A stretch of DNA of 62,844 nt from contig CAZXZI010000002.1 in assembly GCA_964645165.1 (NCBI GenBank), positions 1-62,844 of the forward strand, written 5' to 3'. This document shows positions 1-9,276 of the stretch, one piece after another; the stretch's first letter is position 1; the number at the start of each line of letters is the position of its first letter. Source of the DNA: an uncultured Ectothiorhodospiraceae bacterium. Lineage in GTDB: Bacteria > Pseudomonadota > Gammaproteobacteria > SZUA-152. The notes below the pieces were generated by a model. It did not search any database. It was not told where the DNA came from and saw only the letters and a program-made list of their open reading frames with translations. The translations under genes and the position numbers were made by a program.

Positions 1-2
1 CC

Positions 3-449
3 TTTTGGCAGTTGCCGGGAGTGGTTTCCACGGCCGTGGGTTATGCGGCGGGGGTGAACCCAAATCCCTCTTACCAGGAAGTGTGTGCTGGGAAAACCGG
101 ACATAATGAGGTAGTGCGCGTGGTGTTTGAACCAGAGATGGTATCTTTTGCGACTTTGCTGAACCTGTTTTGGGAAGGGCATGATCCCACCCAGGGTATG
201 CGTCAGGGGAATGATCGTGGCACGCAATATCGTTCGGGTATTTACGTGTTTGATGCGGCGCAGCGACAACTGGCAGACGAAACTGGCGCCCATTACCAAC
301 AGCAATTAACGACAGCGGGCTACCCATTGATTACCACCGAAATTCTCGACGCGCCGCCCTTTTATTTTGCCGAGGATTATCATCAACAATATCTGGCTAA
401 AAATCCGGATGGATATTGCGGAATGGGTGGTACGGGGGTGAGAATTTAA
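3..449 (+). CDS. msrA: Peptide-methionine (S)-S-oxide reductase MsrA, 5' end cut by the window edge
   Basis: The translation [73 protein letters not shown] is colinear with E. coli MsrA. The reading frame stays open to base 3. Confidence 0.95.
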   Translation, partial: FWQLPGVVSTAVGYAAGVNPNPSYQEVCAGKTGHNEVVRVVFEPEMVSFATLLNLFWEGHDPTQGMRQGNDRGTQYRSGIYVFDAAQRQLADETGAHYQQQLTTAGYPLITTEILDAPPFYFAEDYHQQYLAKNPDGYCGMGGTGVRI

Positions 450-485
450 GCGTGATGAATAGTGACCATTTTATAGTGTTTGTCC

Positions 486-1037
486 ATGGCGATTAGAACT
501 GCAGAACAGTTGGTACAATTCTGGTTTTCGGAACCGGTGCAGCCGTTGTGGTTTAATGCTACGGCGGAGTTTGATGCCGAGCTGCGCGCCGAATATCTCC
601 CCACCTATCAGGCCGCACTCAACGGTAAGCTTGCACACTGGGCTGATACGGCAGAAGGTGCGCTGGCGCTGGTCATCTGTCTCGATCAACTGCCGCTGAA
701 TATGTTTCGCGGTCAGGTCGAGAGTTTTGCCGGAGAAGCCCCTGCTCGGCAGGTGGCCGCCACGGCAATCGCGCAGGGTTTGGATCAGGTGCTGGAAAAA
801 GCACAGAAACCCTTTTTGTACATGCCCTACATGCACAGCGAATCACTGGTTGATCAGCAACAAGCGCTGGTATTGTTTGAGCAGGCAGGTCTGCACGATA
901 ATATGAACTGGCTTAAGCACCATCATGATATTGTGGCGCGCTTTGGCCGTTTTCCGCATCGCAATGCGATACTGGATCGTCTGAGCACTGAAGAAGAGTT
1001 GACCTGGCTCGCTTCCGATGACGCGTTTACGGGCTGA
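486..1037 (+). CDS. DUF924 family protein
   Basis: Motifs typical of DUF924 are present: WF..FDAELR, LALVICLDQLPLNMFRG, YMPYMHSE and RFGRFPHRNAILDRLST. I chose the ATG at 486, in frame with the TTG at 480. Confidence 0.8.
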   Translation: MAIRTAEQLVQFWFSEPVQPLWFNATAEFDAELRAEYLPTYQAALNGKLAHWADTAEGALALVICLDQLPLNMFRGQVESFAGEAPARQVAATAIAQGLDQVLEKAQKPFLYMPYMHSESLVDQQQALVLFEQAGLHDNMNWLKHHHDIVARFGRFPHRNAILDRLSTEEELTWLASDDAFTG

Positions 1038-1216
1038 ACGAAATGCGTCGGCGTGTGGGTATTCACTTGAAGCGCTGACGACGAGTGGTTACACTTTTTG
1101 TCAGCGGGAGGCGCTAAGTCACATCAAAATAATATGACACTCGATCTCTCCCATTTTCGCCAATTATTAGTGCAACGCCGCGCTGCCTTGCAGCAGGTGA
1201 CGATGCAGCAGCTACC

Positions 1217-1456
1217 GTGGAGCTGGATCAAACCCGGATGGGTCGATTGTCTCGCATGGATGCCTTACAAGGTCAGGCGATGTCACAGGAAACGCAGCGC
1301 CGCCGAGTGCAGGAACTGCATCATATTGCCGCCGCCCTGCAACGGATTGAACGAAACGAATTTGGTGAATGTGCGCATTGCGGTGAAATGATTGCTGAAG
1401 GCCGGCTGTCCATCAATCCGGCTGTCACGTTGTGTATTGTTTGCGCAGATAAATAA
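1217..1456 (+). CDS. TraR/DksA-family C4 zinc-finger protein, possibly frameshifted (N-terminal part lies in another frame from ATG 1134)
   Basis: VELDQTRMGRLSRMDALQGQAMSQE...CAHCGEMIAEGRLSINPAVTLCIVCA carries the DksA/TraR CxxC-N17-CxxC finger. A family-like N-terminus, MTLDLSHFRQLLVQRRAALQQ, sits in a different frame at 1134-1196. Confidence 0.75.
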   Translation: MELDQTRMGRLSRMDALQGQAMSQETQRRRVQELHHIAAALQRIERNEFGECAHCGEMIAEGRLSINPAVTLCIVCADK

Positions 1457-1503
1457 TCAACTGCAGTCGCAGGGTTTAAGTCAATAGTATTGAGAGGTAG
1501 AAA

Positions 1504-1830
1504 ATGGTCATCGATGCATTAAAGGGTTTTGACGAAGAAGTACCAAAGTGGGATATCGCACTCGCGGCATTGGCAAAGGAAGAAGCGGCAAAACTGAATC
1601 AGGGCTTACGCATTGCTGAATTTAAACGGTTGGCGGATGATCACGCGATTCGCTTTGATGACATCATGGTCACCATGTTTGAATTAGTCATCAACAACGA
1701 GTGGCGATACGAATATCCGGACGGTGTGGAAAAACCCATTAGCCGTGATGAAGTGGAAAAGCTGTACGTGGGTGGACGATTGGTTGAAGCCGACGTCAAT
1801 GCGTACGAAGGGTTGTGGTTACCCGCCTAG
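1504..1830 (+). CDS. Hypothetical acidic cytoplasmic protein (108 aa)
   Basis: Clean ORF with GAGAGGTAG upstream of the ATG. I recognise no motif. Confidence 0.55.
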   Translation: MVIDALKGFDEEVPKWDIALAALAKEEAAKLNQGLRIAEFKRLADDHAIRFDDIMVTMFELVINNEWRYEYPDGVEKPISRDEVEKLYVGGRLVEADVNAYEGLWLPA

Positions 1831-1889
1831 GCAAAACCGCAAAACCGATTGAGTCCCTAAATTACTGTAAATTATTAGTAGAGAAGATT

Positions 1890-2438
1890 ATGAAAATGAA
1901 TGTTGTCAGCAAGGCTGCCGCATGTGTCGGTGGCCTTTTTCTTTTGCTAGCTTTAAGTAGTGTGTCGTTAAATGTGTCAGCCGAGCCCTTTGCACCCCGA
2001 CCCAATATTCCTGTGGGAATTGCCGACAGTTATACCGTACAAAGTGCCCGCGATTCGGTGATTCCCGAGGCGGCGCGAGTGGGTATTCCATCGTATCCCG
2101 GTGCCGTGATCATCCGCACCTTTGCTGTGAATGAACGACCACCAAAATATGAAGGCCTGCCGATTATTGAGCTGATCAGTACGGATGATTATGAAACCGT
2201 CATCGATTTTTATAAAAAGAAGTTACCGAGCTGGCGCAATGCCGAACTGATGTCGGCCTACTATTTTGCGCAGTTCGGTAATCTCAATTTTTTTAAACCC
2301 GAAGAGCCGCACGTGGGCATCCACAAAATGGAAAACTACTATCGGGCGGGGGATAAAGAATTATTGCGCAAATTGCTGCCGGGTGCGCAGACTTTGATTA
2401 AGGTTTTTTATGCGCGAGAAGCCAAGGATGGCCAGTGA
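1890..2438 (+). CDS. Secreted hypothetical protein
   Basis: An internal ATG at 1890 follows GAGAAG. The N-terminus MKMNVVSKAAACVGGLFLLLALSSVSLNVSA looks like a signal peptide. Confidence 0.6.
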   Translation: MKMNVVSKAAACVGGLFLLLALSSVSLNVSAEPFAPRPNIPVGIADSYTVQSARDSVIPEAARVGIPSYPGAVIIRTFAVNERPPKYEGLPIIELISTDDYETVIDFYKKKLPSWRNAELMSAYYFAQFGNLNFFKPEEPHVGIHKMENYYRAGDKELLRKLLPGAQTLIKVFYAREAKDGQ

Positions 2439-2513
2439 ATTGGCAGGCTTGCCAACGACAGAATTGCTACGCAAAGACTAATTGATCAGAGGGAACCACA
2501 GAGTCCTGACGAG

Positions 2514-2540
2514 CCCCATCCCGGAAAAACCGGGTTGGGG
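2514..2540. terminator. GC-rich hairpin between convergent genes
   Basis: The sequence ccccatcccgg-aaaaa-ccgggttgggg forms an 11-bp stem with one mismatch. There is no clear U-tract. Confidence 0.35.
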
Positions 2541-2562
2541 ATGATCGCCAGTATTTGAATGC

Positions 2563-2874
2563 TTAGTGCTGGGCAGCTTCGTCATTCACCCAAACCTTTA
2601 CGGGGTGCGCATTTCTGTCCTGTGCAGCGCGACCCTTGTGGCCGTTCATGCTGACCATGTCCAGGCTGTTGCATTCAGGGCATTTGGTCGAGTTGAATTT
2701 GACGATGTGGAAGATTGTCCATGCCATGGGGATTACCAGTGCCGGTAATAGCCCCGTTACCAGCGCAAAACCGCCCACCGTGCTCCAAACAAAGGCATCC
2801 ACCATGAAGCTGGCTTTACATTGTCTGATGGGTTTTCCTACAAATCCACAGGATGTACAAATACGATCTTTCAT
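2563..2874 (-). CDS. Small membrane protein with a split zinc ribbon (CxxC, hydrophobic hairpin, CPxC)
   Basis: Taking the start at MKDRICTSCGF, a hydrophobic stretch of about 45 aa (FMVDAFVWSTVGGFALVTGLLPALVIPMAWTIFHIV) follows, then KCPECN. Confidence 0.6.
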   Translation of the reverse strand: MKDRICTSCGFVGKPIRQCKASFMVDAFVWSTVGGFALVTGLLPALVIPMAWTIFHIVKFNSTKCPECNSLDMVSMNGHKGRAAQDRNAHPVKVWVNDEAAQH

Positions 2875-3067
2875 TACCGTTTCTCCAAAATTACCAATAA
2901 AAAAGTACCTTAGTAAACTAATCAATATTAGTGATTACTAATTTATGGGGGAGGATATAGAAAGATGTAAAATAAATCTATGTTTTAGTCATTGAAGTTT
3001 TTTATCCCCTCACCAAGTCAGTGGTTATGCGGGCATGGGGGCAGGTGTGGTCAATACCTTATTGAAT

Positions 3068-4414
3068 TTATTGGGTATTTTTGTCGAAGTGCGTGCGGGT
3101 GAGTTGAAACACCACCGGGCTTAGTGCGATGAGCGCGATCAGGTTGGGGATAGCCATAAGCCCGTTGAGCACGTCAGCCAGCAGCCAGATGATCTCCAGT
3201 TTTCCCAGAGCTCCCACCACAATGGCGACCAGCCACAGCAGGCGATAGGGCAGGATGGCGCGGATGCCGAACAGAAACTCAGCGCAGCGTTCACCGTAAT
3301 AACTCCAACCCAATACCGTGGTGAAGGCGAAAATCGCCAGCCCGAGGCTGACGATGGTGCTGCCAAAGCCAGGTAGTCCGGTGGCGAAGGCCAGCATGGA
3401 GAGGCTGGAGCCGGTTTCGCCGCTGGTCCAGGTGCCGGTGAGAATGATCACCAGCGCCGTCATCGAACAGACAATAATGGTATCGATAAGGGTGCCGAGC
3501 AGACCAATCATGCCTTGCTTCACCGGGTCATTGGTCTGCGCTGCCGCGTGGGCAATTGGCGCACTGCCGAGACCGGCCTCGTTGGAAAAAATGCCCCGCG
3601 CCACACCAAAGCGAATCGCTGCCCACATGGCGGCGCCGGCAAAGCCACCCGTGGCGGCGGTCCCCGTGAAGGCGTTACTAACAATACTGGTGATTGCAGC
3701 GGGCACCTCGGCAGCGTGCGCGAGGATGATCCACAAGGCGCCAGAAATATAGGCCAGCGCCATGAAAGGCACCAGCTTGGCCGCCACCACGCCGATTCGC
3801 CGAATACCCCCGAGTATCACTACTGCGGTCAGCACCATCATCACGCCACCTGTGAGCCAGTCAGGGATGTCGAAGGCGCTGTGCAGAGCGTCAGCCACGG
3901 AATTGGCCTGCACCATGTTGCCAATGCCAAAGGCGGCGATCATGCCGAACAGCGCAAAGGCGATGCCTAACCATTTCCAGGAACTACCCAGACCGTTTTT
4001 GATGTAATACATGGGGCCGCCGACAAAGCGGCCGCGCTCATCGACTTCGCGATATTTCACCGCGAGTACCGCCTCGCTGTATTTCGTGGCCATGCCCACC
4101 AGTGCGGTAATCCACATCCAAAACACGGCACCGGGTCCTCCGAGAAAAATAGCAGTGGCTACACCGGCGATGTTACCGGTGCCGATGGTGGCGGCGAGTG
4201 CCGTCATCAAAGCCTGAAAGGGCGTGATGTCACCTTTGCCTTCTGAGTGGCGGCCGCGCCACAATAATTGAAAAGCGGTGATCAGGTGTCGCCAGGGCAT
4301 GGCCTTGAGGCCAAGGGTGAGGAATATGCCAGTGCCTAGTAACAGTACCAGCATGATGGGCCCCCAAATCACACCGCTGATTGTGTTAAGAAAGTCGCTG
4401 AGTAGTTTATTCAT
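3068..4414 (-). CDS. Alanine/glycine:cation (sodium) symporter, AGCS family
   Basis: The motifs GDITPFQALMTALAATIGTGNIAGVATAI, GGPGAVFWMW and FSNEAGLGSAPIAHAAA are hallmark AGCS motifs. Start taken at MNKLLSDF (ATG at 4414). Confidence 0.9.
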   Translation of the reverse strand: MNKLLSDFLNTISGVIWGPIMLVLLLGTGIFLTLGLKAMPWRHLITAFQLLWRGRHSEGKGDITPFQALMTALAATIGTGNIAGVATAIFLGGPGAVFWMWITALVGMATKYSEAVLAVKYREVDERGRFVGGPMYYIKNGLGSSWKWLGIAFALFGMIAAFGIGNMVQANSVADALHSAFDIPDWLTGGVMMVLTAVVILGGIRRIGVVAAKLVPFMALAYISGALWIILAHAAEVPAAITSIVSNAFTGTAATGGFAGAAMWAAIRFGVARGIFSNEAGLGSAPIAHAAAQTNDPVKQGMIGLLGTLIDTIIVCSMTALVIILTGTWTSGETGSSLSMLAFATGLPGFGSTIVSLGLAIFAFTTVLGWSYYGERCAEFLFGIRAILPYRLLWLVAIVVGALGKLEIIWLLADVLNGLMAIPNLIALIALSPVVFQLTRTHFDKNTQ

Positions 4415-4544
4415 GGCTTGTCCGGTTTTGTCATTATGGTTGGGTTTATAGACTGTATAAGAGCCTTTCGATACACTGTCTCGCGTTTTACGTGCCAACA
4501 GATATAGTTATACGATACAGCTAACGAATGGATCAAAAATAAAA

Positions 4545-5177
4545 ATGCAAAACTCTCTACAAAAAACCTTGGTACTTGTGTTCATTATATTCGCGGTGAC
4601 TGCTGGCGAAGCGCAGGCGCGGACAAAATTTGAATCTTTTATGTGGAAGTCGGCTGCAACAGCCTCTGTGGCATTGATCGCGGTGACGAATCCCGCCAAA
4701 GCAGATGGAGTGACTTTGGAGCTGGGGGGCGATGGAGACGGTGATTTCACCGTTACTCGCATCGGCCTGCAGTGGGATTGGAATGATGACCTTCTTGATC
4801 TTTATGGCTGGAAACTGAACTCCTATTGGCAGTTAGAGTTTTCAAAATGGCAAGGTACCTTTAGCGCTAGTCAAGAGGCGGCAAATGTAACAGCGGGTAT
4901 TATTCCCGTGTTTCGCTTTTTAGGTAAGCCGGGTTACGCGCAACCCTATTTTGATGTTGGCGTAGGTATTAGTGCATTCACAGATAGCAGACTGGGCGGG
5001 CATGAGTTTGGCTCCAACTTTCAGTTCTCAGATGTTATGGGCTTTGGCGCAAATGTGGGCAAACATAACCAGTGGGGCTTTGGTTACAAGTTTGAGCACT
5101 ATTCGAATGGTTCGGTACGTTCGCCTAACTCAGGCATCAACTTTCACGCGTTGACGCTCACGTATCGGTATTATTAA
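4545..5177 (+). CDS. Acyloxyacyl hydrolase / lipid A 3-O-deacylase (PagL-like) outer-membrane protein
   Basis: A signal peptide is present, with a beta-barrel-like alternating pattern. The C-terminal FEHYSNGS...NSGINF motif matches the PagL His-Ser site region. Confidence 0.7.
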   Translation: MQNSLQKTLVLVFIIFAVTAGEAQARTKFESFMWKSAATASVALIAVTNPAKADGVTLELGGDGDGDFTVTRIGLQWDWNDDLLDLYGWKLNSYWQLEFSKWQGTFSASQEAANVTAGIIPVFRFLGKPGYAQPYFDVGVGISAFTDSRLGGHEFGSNFQFSDVMGFGANVGKHNQWGFGYKFEHYSNGSVRSPNSGINFHALTLTYRYY

Positions 5178-5196
5178 TTTTACGGAAGGCGCTAAG

Positions 5197-5225
5197 GGCT
5201 TAGATTACTGTAAGCCTATTTTTTT
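5197..5225 (+). terminator. Rho-independent terminator candidate after the PagL-like gene
   Basis: Hairpin ggctta-gattactg-taagcc followed by tattttttt. It overlaps the last codons of the convergent response-regulator gene. Confidence 0.5.
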
Positions 5226-5681
5226 GTTCAGCGTATCAAATATCTGACCAAAAAATTGTCCTCGATCAACAGGCTTGGTCAAAAAGGCATTTGCGCCAAC
5301 GCGCTTTCCCCAAAATTGTTCGGTGGCTTGTTGCTCACCACTGACGATGATGATGGGGATTTCTGAAGTGGCGTCATGTTTTCGAATTTGTCGAGTGGCT
5401 TGAAAACCATTTAAGCCGGGCATTACCACATCCATTAAAATGAGATCCGGCATGTGAGCCTTGGCAGCGGCAACTCCCTCAATGCCATTGGTTGCTGCGA
5501 TGGTTCTGAACCCGGCTTGTTTTAACACCTTGGTAAATGCGGCTACTACCGTGCGCGAGTCATCTACGATGAGTATTGTAAAGTCATAACCACCGTTGGG
5601 TCGTGGGTTATGTCGCCGTTCCTTAACGGTTTTGATTCCGCTGGAGCGGGTGAAGAGATTTTTTAAGGTGAATCGTTTCAT
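5205..5681 (-). CDS. Single-domain CheY-like response regulator
   Basis: ILIVDDS...PDLILMDVVMPGLNGF...IPIIIVSG...GANAFLTKP contains the receiver-domain D-D-D-T/S-K pattern. Confidence 0.9.
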   Translation of the reverse strand: MKRFTLKNLFTRSSGIKTVKERRHNPRPNGGYDFTILIVDDSRTVVAAFTKVLKQAGFRTIAATNGIEGVAAAKAHMPDLILMDVVMPGLNGFQATRQIRKHDATSEIPIIIVSGEQQATEQFWGKRVGANAFLTKPVDRGQFFGQIFDTLNKKIGLQ

Positions 5682-5772
5682 ACGGTGGTTGCCCCGGGTT
5701 TCTGGGGGCTATCATAAGGTCAGCTGCGACTAACTTCAAACGTACGTTTTATTGGCGGATGTGAGATTGCTA

Positions 5773-6504
5773 ATGAGTCATTTTGATTTTCAGCCCATTG
5801 GAATTATTCGATCCTGTTATAAGGAAAAGTTCGGGATTCCGCGACAACCGGGGCTCGCGACAGCGGCTACCGCCACCCTGGAATTATATACCCCTTATGA
5901 TCGTCCTGAAGCTTTGATGGAATTGCAGGGCTTTTCGCACATTTGGCTGGTGTTTGTTTTTCACCAGGCGATGCGGGACGAATGGAAACCAACGGTGCGG
6001 CCGCCACGTCTCGGCGGGAATCAGCGCGTTGGTGTCTTCGCCTCACGTTCACCCTTTCGTCCTAACCCGATTGGTCTGTCGGCAGTGATGCTAGAGGATA
6101 TCCAGTGCAACAGTGGCCACTGTGAATTACAGCTGCGCGGTGCCGACTTGCTGGACGGTACCCCTGTGCTGGATATCAAACCCTATGTGCCCTATGCCGA
6201 TTCCCTGCCCGATGCGCGAGGTGGGTTTGCCGTGCAGCCACCGCAAAATAAATTGGTTGTGGTTTTCAGCGAGTTGGCCACTACGCAGTGCGCAACCTGG
6301 GAGCAAGCGCAATATCCGAACCTGCGTCAGTTGATTGAGCAAATTCTGCAAGCTGATCCTCGGCCGGCCTATCAGGCGAACAAAGCAAATGAACAATCTT
6401 TTGGCATGCGTCTTTACGAATTTGATGTGCTGTGGCGCGTGTGTGGACAGCATATCGAAGTCACGTCTTTGCGGCCATTGCCGACGCCTGAAACCCAGCA
6501 ATAA
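5773..6504 (+). CDS. trmO: tRNA (N6-threonylcarbamoyladenosine(37)-N6)-methyltransferase TrmO (YaeB/TsaA family)
   Basis: Family motifs IGIIRSCYKEKFGIPRQPG, GFSHIWLVFVFH, RPPRLGGNQRVGVFASRSPFRPNPIGLS and GTPVLDIKPYVPYAD are present. Confidence 0.9.
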   Translation: MSHFDFQPIGIIRSCYKEKFGIPRQPGLATAATATLELYTPYDRPEALMELQGFSHIWLVFVFHQAMRDEWKPTVRPPRLGGNQRVGVFASRSPFRPNPIGLSAVMLEDIQCNSGHCELQLRGADLLDGTPVLDIKPYVPYADSLPDARGGFAVQPPQNKLVVVFSELATTQCATWEQAQYPNLRQLIEQILQADPRPAYQANKANEQSFGMRLYEFDVLWRVCGQHIEVTSLRPLPTPETQQ

Positions 6505-6739
6505 TCCATGCCACTGCGAAGTTTAAGATTCAAATTCTCTGGCCGATAATCTTATCTGATTATTGAAATTACGAATATTGGCAACGTGAAGGTCGCACAT
6601 TTTGTGCGCGTTCCATGAGGGAGCGGAAATGCCGGGTTGAAATGGGGGTTGGTGTAGAGACGGATTTTTTGCCGACTAAGATTAGCGTGTAGTTAAACTT
6701 AAGGGTCGGAATGCTTACGGCGATCAGCGGTAAGTATCT

Positions 6740-9202
6740 ATGCTTACTATGTCCAGTGTCAGTGAGTCAGGTGTAACGTCACTTTTTCCAAATGCAGGCC
6801 AGTCGGTGGCATCAATCGGCCGGTACGTGCGCGCCAATTTTTCCGGGCTTAAGCAACGGCTGCCATCCGGTGTGCGCCTGGTACTGATTCTTGATGAGAA
6901 AAATGGACAGCTCTCGGTGGTGGCGCATTCAGGAATTGCCAGTGACGCGAGTGCTCAATCGCTAAATGAATTGCCAAAAAGATCAATGCTTTTTCAGGTG
7001 TTTGATACGACTAAAACTTCTGCGCTTGATGTGCTGGCTGGTTCACCTGAAGACCAGGCCATGTTTTCCAGAATATTTAATATTCATCACATGTTGGTGA
7101 TCCCGATTTTTAATCGGCAGCGACCGCTTGGCGTGATTGTGGTCGGTCGTGATGAGGCTGACGATGCGTTTTCTGAAAATGAAACCTTGGCGGCAAATCA
7201 GGCGGGAATCGCATTGGGGCAAATGCTCTCTGAAATGATTTCTAAAAATGAAAATGTTCTTGTTAAGGGTCGTGCGAATGCAGGGGTAGAGCGAGAGAGT
7301 GAAGTGCAGCGTCAAGAGCGGTTCCGGGTTTTAAATCAAATGATGGAAAGCCCTGTGGTGGTGCTGGATGAAAATTTGCTGGTGCGTGAAGTGAATGCGC
7401 CTGCAGAGAAGATGTTTGGTGTTGATGGTCGCCAGTTGTTGAATAAAGACTTAACGAGATACTTTGCTGGTGGCAGTCATAAATTGCAGGCGCTGGGGGA
7501 CATCAAAAGTTCCGGAGCCACTTTTTTTGAAGCGACTGTGGAAAAACTGGGTGGTGAAACCTTATTTGTAGACGTGCATGCCACCTTGATTATGCCCAAT
7601 GGCGAACCGCTGATAAAAGTATTTCTGCGCGATGTGACTGAACGGAAAACAGCTGAAGGTGCATTACAAAGGGCGAATCAACAGGTTGCTCATTTGTTAG
7701 AGTCGACTAATGACGCCTATTTAGCATTAGATAGAAATTACGTAATTTCATACTGCAACCGACAAGCAGAGCAATTGTTTCAGGTATTGCGTGCTGATGT
7801 GTTGGATCAGATTGTATGGGATGAATTCCCTGAATTTTCTGTTGTGTTTTTTGAACATTTTCAGTTAGCAATAAAGGAAGGCAAGGGCACGTCATTTGAA
7901 GTGTATTACGCACCATCCGACGCGTGGATTGAAACACAAACCTACCCGCATGCTGACGGCTTGTCTGTTTTTTTTCGTGATATCACACAGCGTCGGCGAT
8001 CGGAAAATCTATTGCGTGGCCGCGAGCTTCACTTTCGTACGCTGTTAGACAATATGATGGATGGTGTAATGACTATCGACAGTAACAGCATTGTGAAAAC
8101 GTTTAATCCTGCGGCGGAGTACATGACCGGTTACCTGGCCAATGAAATAGTCGGCAAATGTGTCAGCCAATTCGCTTGTGACGTCAACAAGGATAGCTGC
8201 GAGGTTGGCTTGTGGCATTTTTTGGGGCGGGAGCATTTAGAGGATGTTGGCAGGCGACATGAAATTCAGGTGACACGTAAGGATGGTTCGCGTTTTCCTG
8301 CAGAAGCCTCGGTGGCAGAAATGCAATTGGGTGACGAATGGAATTACGTGATTACCCTGCGTGATATTTCCGAAAAAAAAACGGCTGAGGAAGAACTGTT
8401 TGCGCACCGAAACCAACTGGAAGAATTGGTTCGCGTGCGCACAGCGGATCTGCAAATCCTGCGTGATCAGGCTGAACAGGCAAACCGCGCGAAGAGCGCG
8501 TTTCTTGCCAATATGAGTCACGAGTTGCGCACGCCTCTGAATGCGATTATTGGTTACAGCGAATTACTGCATGAAGACGCCAAACTGTTGGGCGCAGGTG
8601 GGCTAGCTTCTGATCTCGGTAAAATACACACCTCCGGTCATCATCTGCTGAGTTTAATTAATAACGTCCTGGACTTATCAAAAATCGAAGCTGGAAAAAT
8701 GGAAATGAAGCTGGAGTCATTTCATGTGGCTTCGTTGGTTGATGATGTGTCATCCACCGTAGGTATGCTGATGAAAAAGAACAACAATACTCTAAAGGTT
8801 AATTGCGACAGTGACCTGGGTGATATGTTGGCGGATAGTAGGTGGGTGCGCCAACTGATTCTAAATTTATTAAGTAATGCAGCAAAATTTACTCGTGACG
8901 GAAATATTGAGTTGAATGTGCGACGCACTGAAGCTGCCGATGATGCAACCTTGTTTTTTACGGTTGTCGATAACGGCATCGGAATGAATAACGAACAAAT
9001 CTCATTATTGTTTCAAGCCTTTCAACAAGCACACAACAATACGAACACTGAAAACGAAGGTACCGGCCTGGGGCTAACCATAAGCAGGACGCTTTGCCGT
9101 ACGATGGGTGGTGATATTCAAGTCAGTAGCGAAGCTGGTAAAGGCTCGACCTTTGTCATCAACCTGCCAGCGGTGGTAGTGCCGGGTAACGACTGGTCGT
9201 GA
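6740..9202 (+). CDS. Cytoplasmic GAF + multi-PAS sensor histidine kinase
   Basis: An N-terminal GAF-like region is followed by three PAS-like segments (e.g. FRDVTERK, FRDITQRR, LRDISEKK boundaries). These are followed by an H-box FLANMSHELRTPLNAIIGY and N/G boxes (LLSNAAKFT, DNGIGM, GTGLGL). No receiver domain is present. Confidence 0.9.
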   Translation: MLTMSSVSESGVTSLFPNAGQSVASIGRYVRANFSGLKQRLPSGVRLVLILDEKNGQLSVVAHSGIASDASAQSLNELPKRSMLFQVFDTTKTSALDVLAGSPEDQAMFSRIFNIHHMLVIPIFNRQRPLGVIVVGRDEADDAFSENETLAANQAGIALGQMLSEMISKNENVLVKGRANAGVERESEVQRQERFRVLNQMMESPVVVLDENLLVREVNAPAEKMFGVDGRQLLNKDLTRYFAGGSHKLQALGDIKSSGATFFEATVEKLGGETLFVDVHATLIMPNGEPLIKVFLRDVTERKTAEGALQRANQQVAHLLESTNDAYLALDRNYVISYCNRQAEQLFQVLRADVLDQIVWDEFPEFSVVFFEHFQLAIKEGKGTSFEVYYAPSDAWIETQTYPHADGLSVFFRDITQRRRSENLLRGRELHFRTLLDNMMDGVMTIDSNSIVKTFNPAAEYMTGYLANEIVGKCVSQFACDVNKDSCEVGLWHFLGREHLEDVGRRHEIQVTRKDGSRFPAEASVAEMQLGDEWNYVITLRDISEKKTAEEELFAHRNQLEELVRVRTADLQILRDQAEQANRAKSAFLANMSHELRTPLNAIIGYSELLHEDAKLLGAGGLASDLGKIHTSGHHLLSLINNVLDLSKIEAGKMEMKLESFHVASLVDDVSSTVGMLMKKNNNTLKVNCDSDLGDMLADSRWVRQLILNLLSNAAKFTRDGNIELNVRRTEAADDATLFFTVVDNGIGMNNEQISLLFQAFQQAHNNTNTENEGTGLGLTISRTLCRTMGGDIQVSSEAGKGSTFVINLPAVVVPGNDWS

Positions 9203-9221
9203 TGCCAGTATTTTGAGCTGA

Positions 9222-9257
9222 ATAAAAAGGGTTCGGCCTTTAAAAAAAGCCGAACCC
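9222..9257 (-). terminator. Rho-independent terminator of the spondin gene pair
   Basis: A perfect 9-bp stem gggttcggc/gccgaaccc is followed on the minus strand by TTTTT. Confidence 0.7.
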
Positions 9258-9276
9258 GTACAAACATTCCCCTTCT

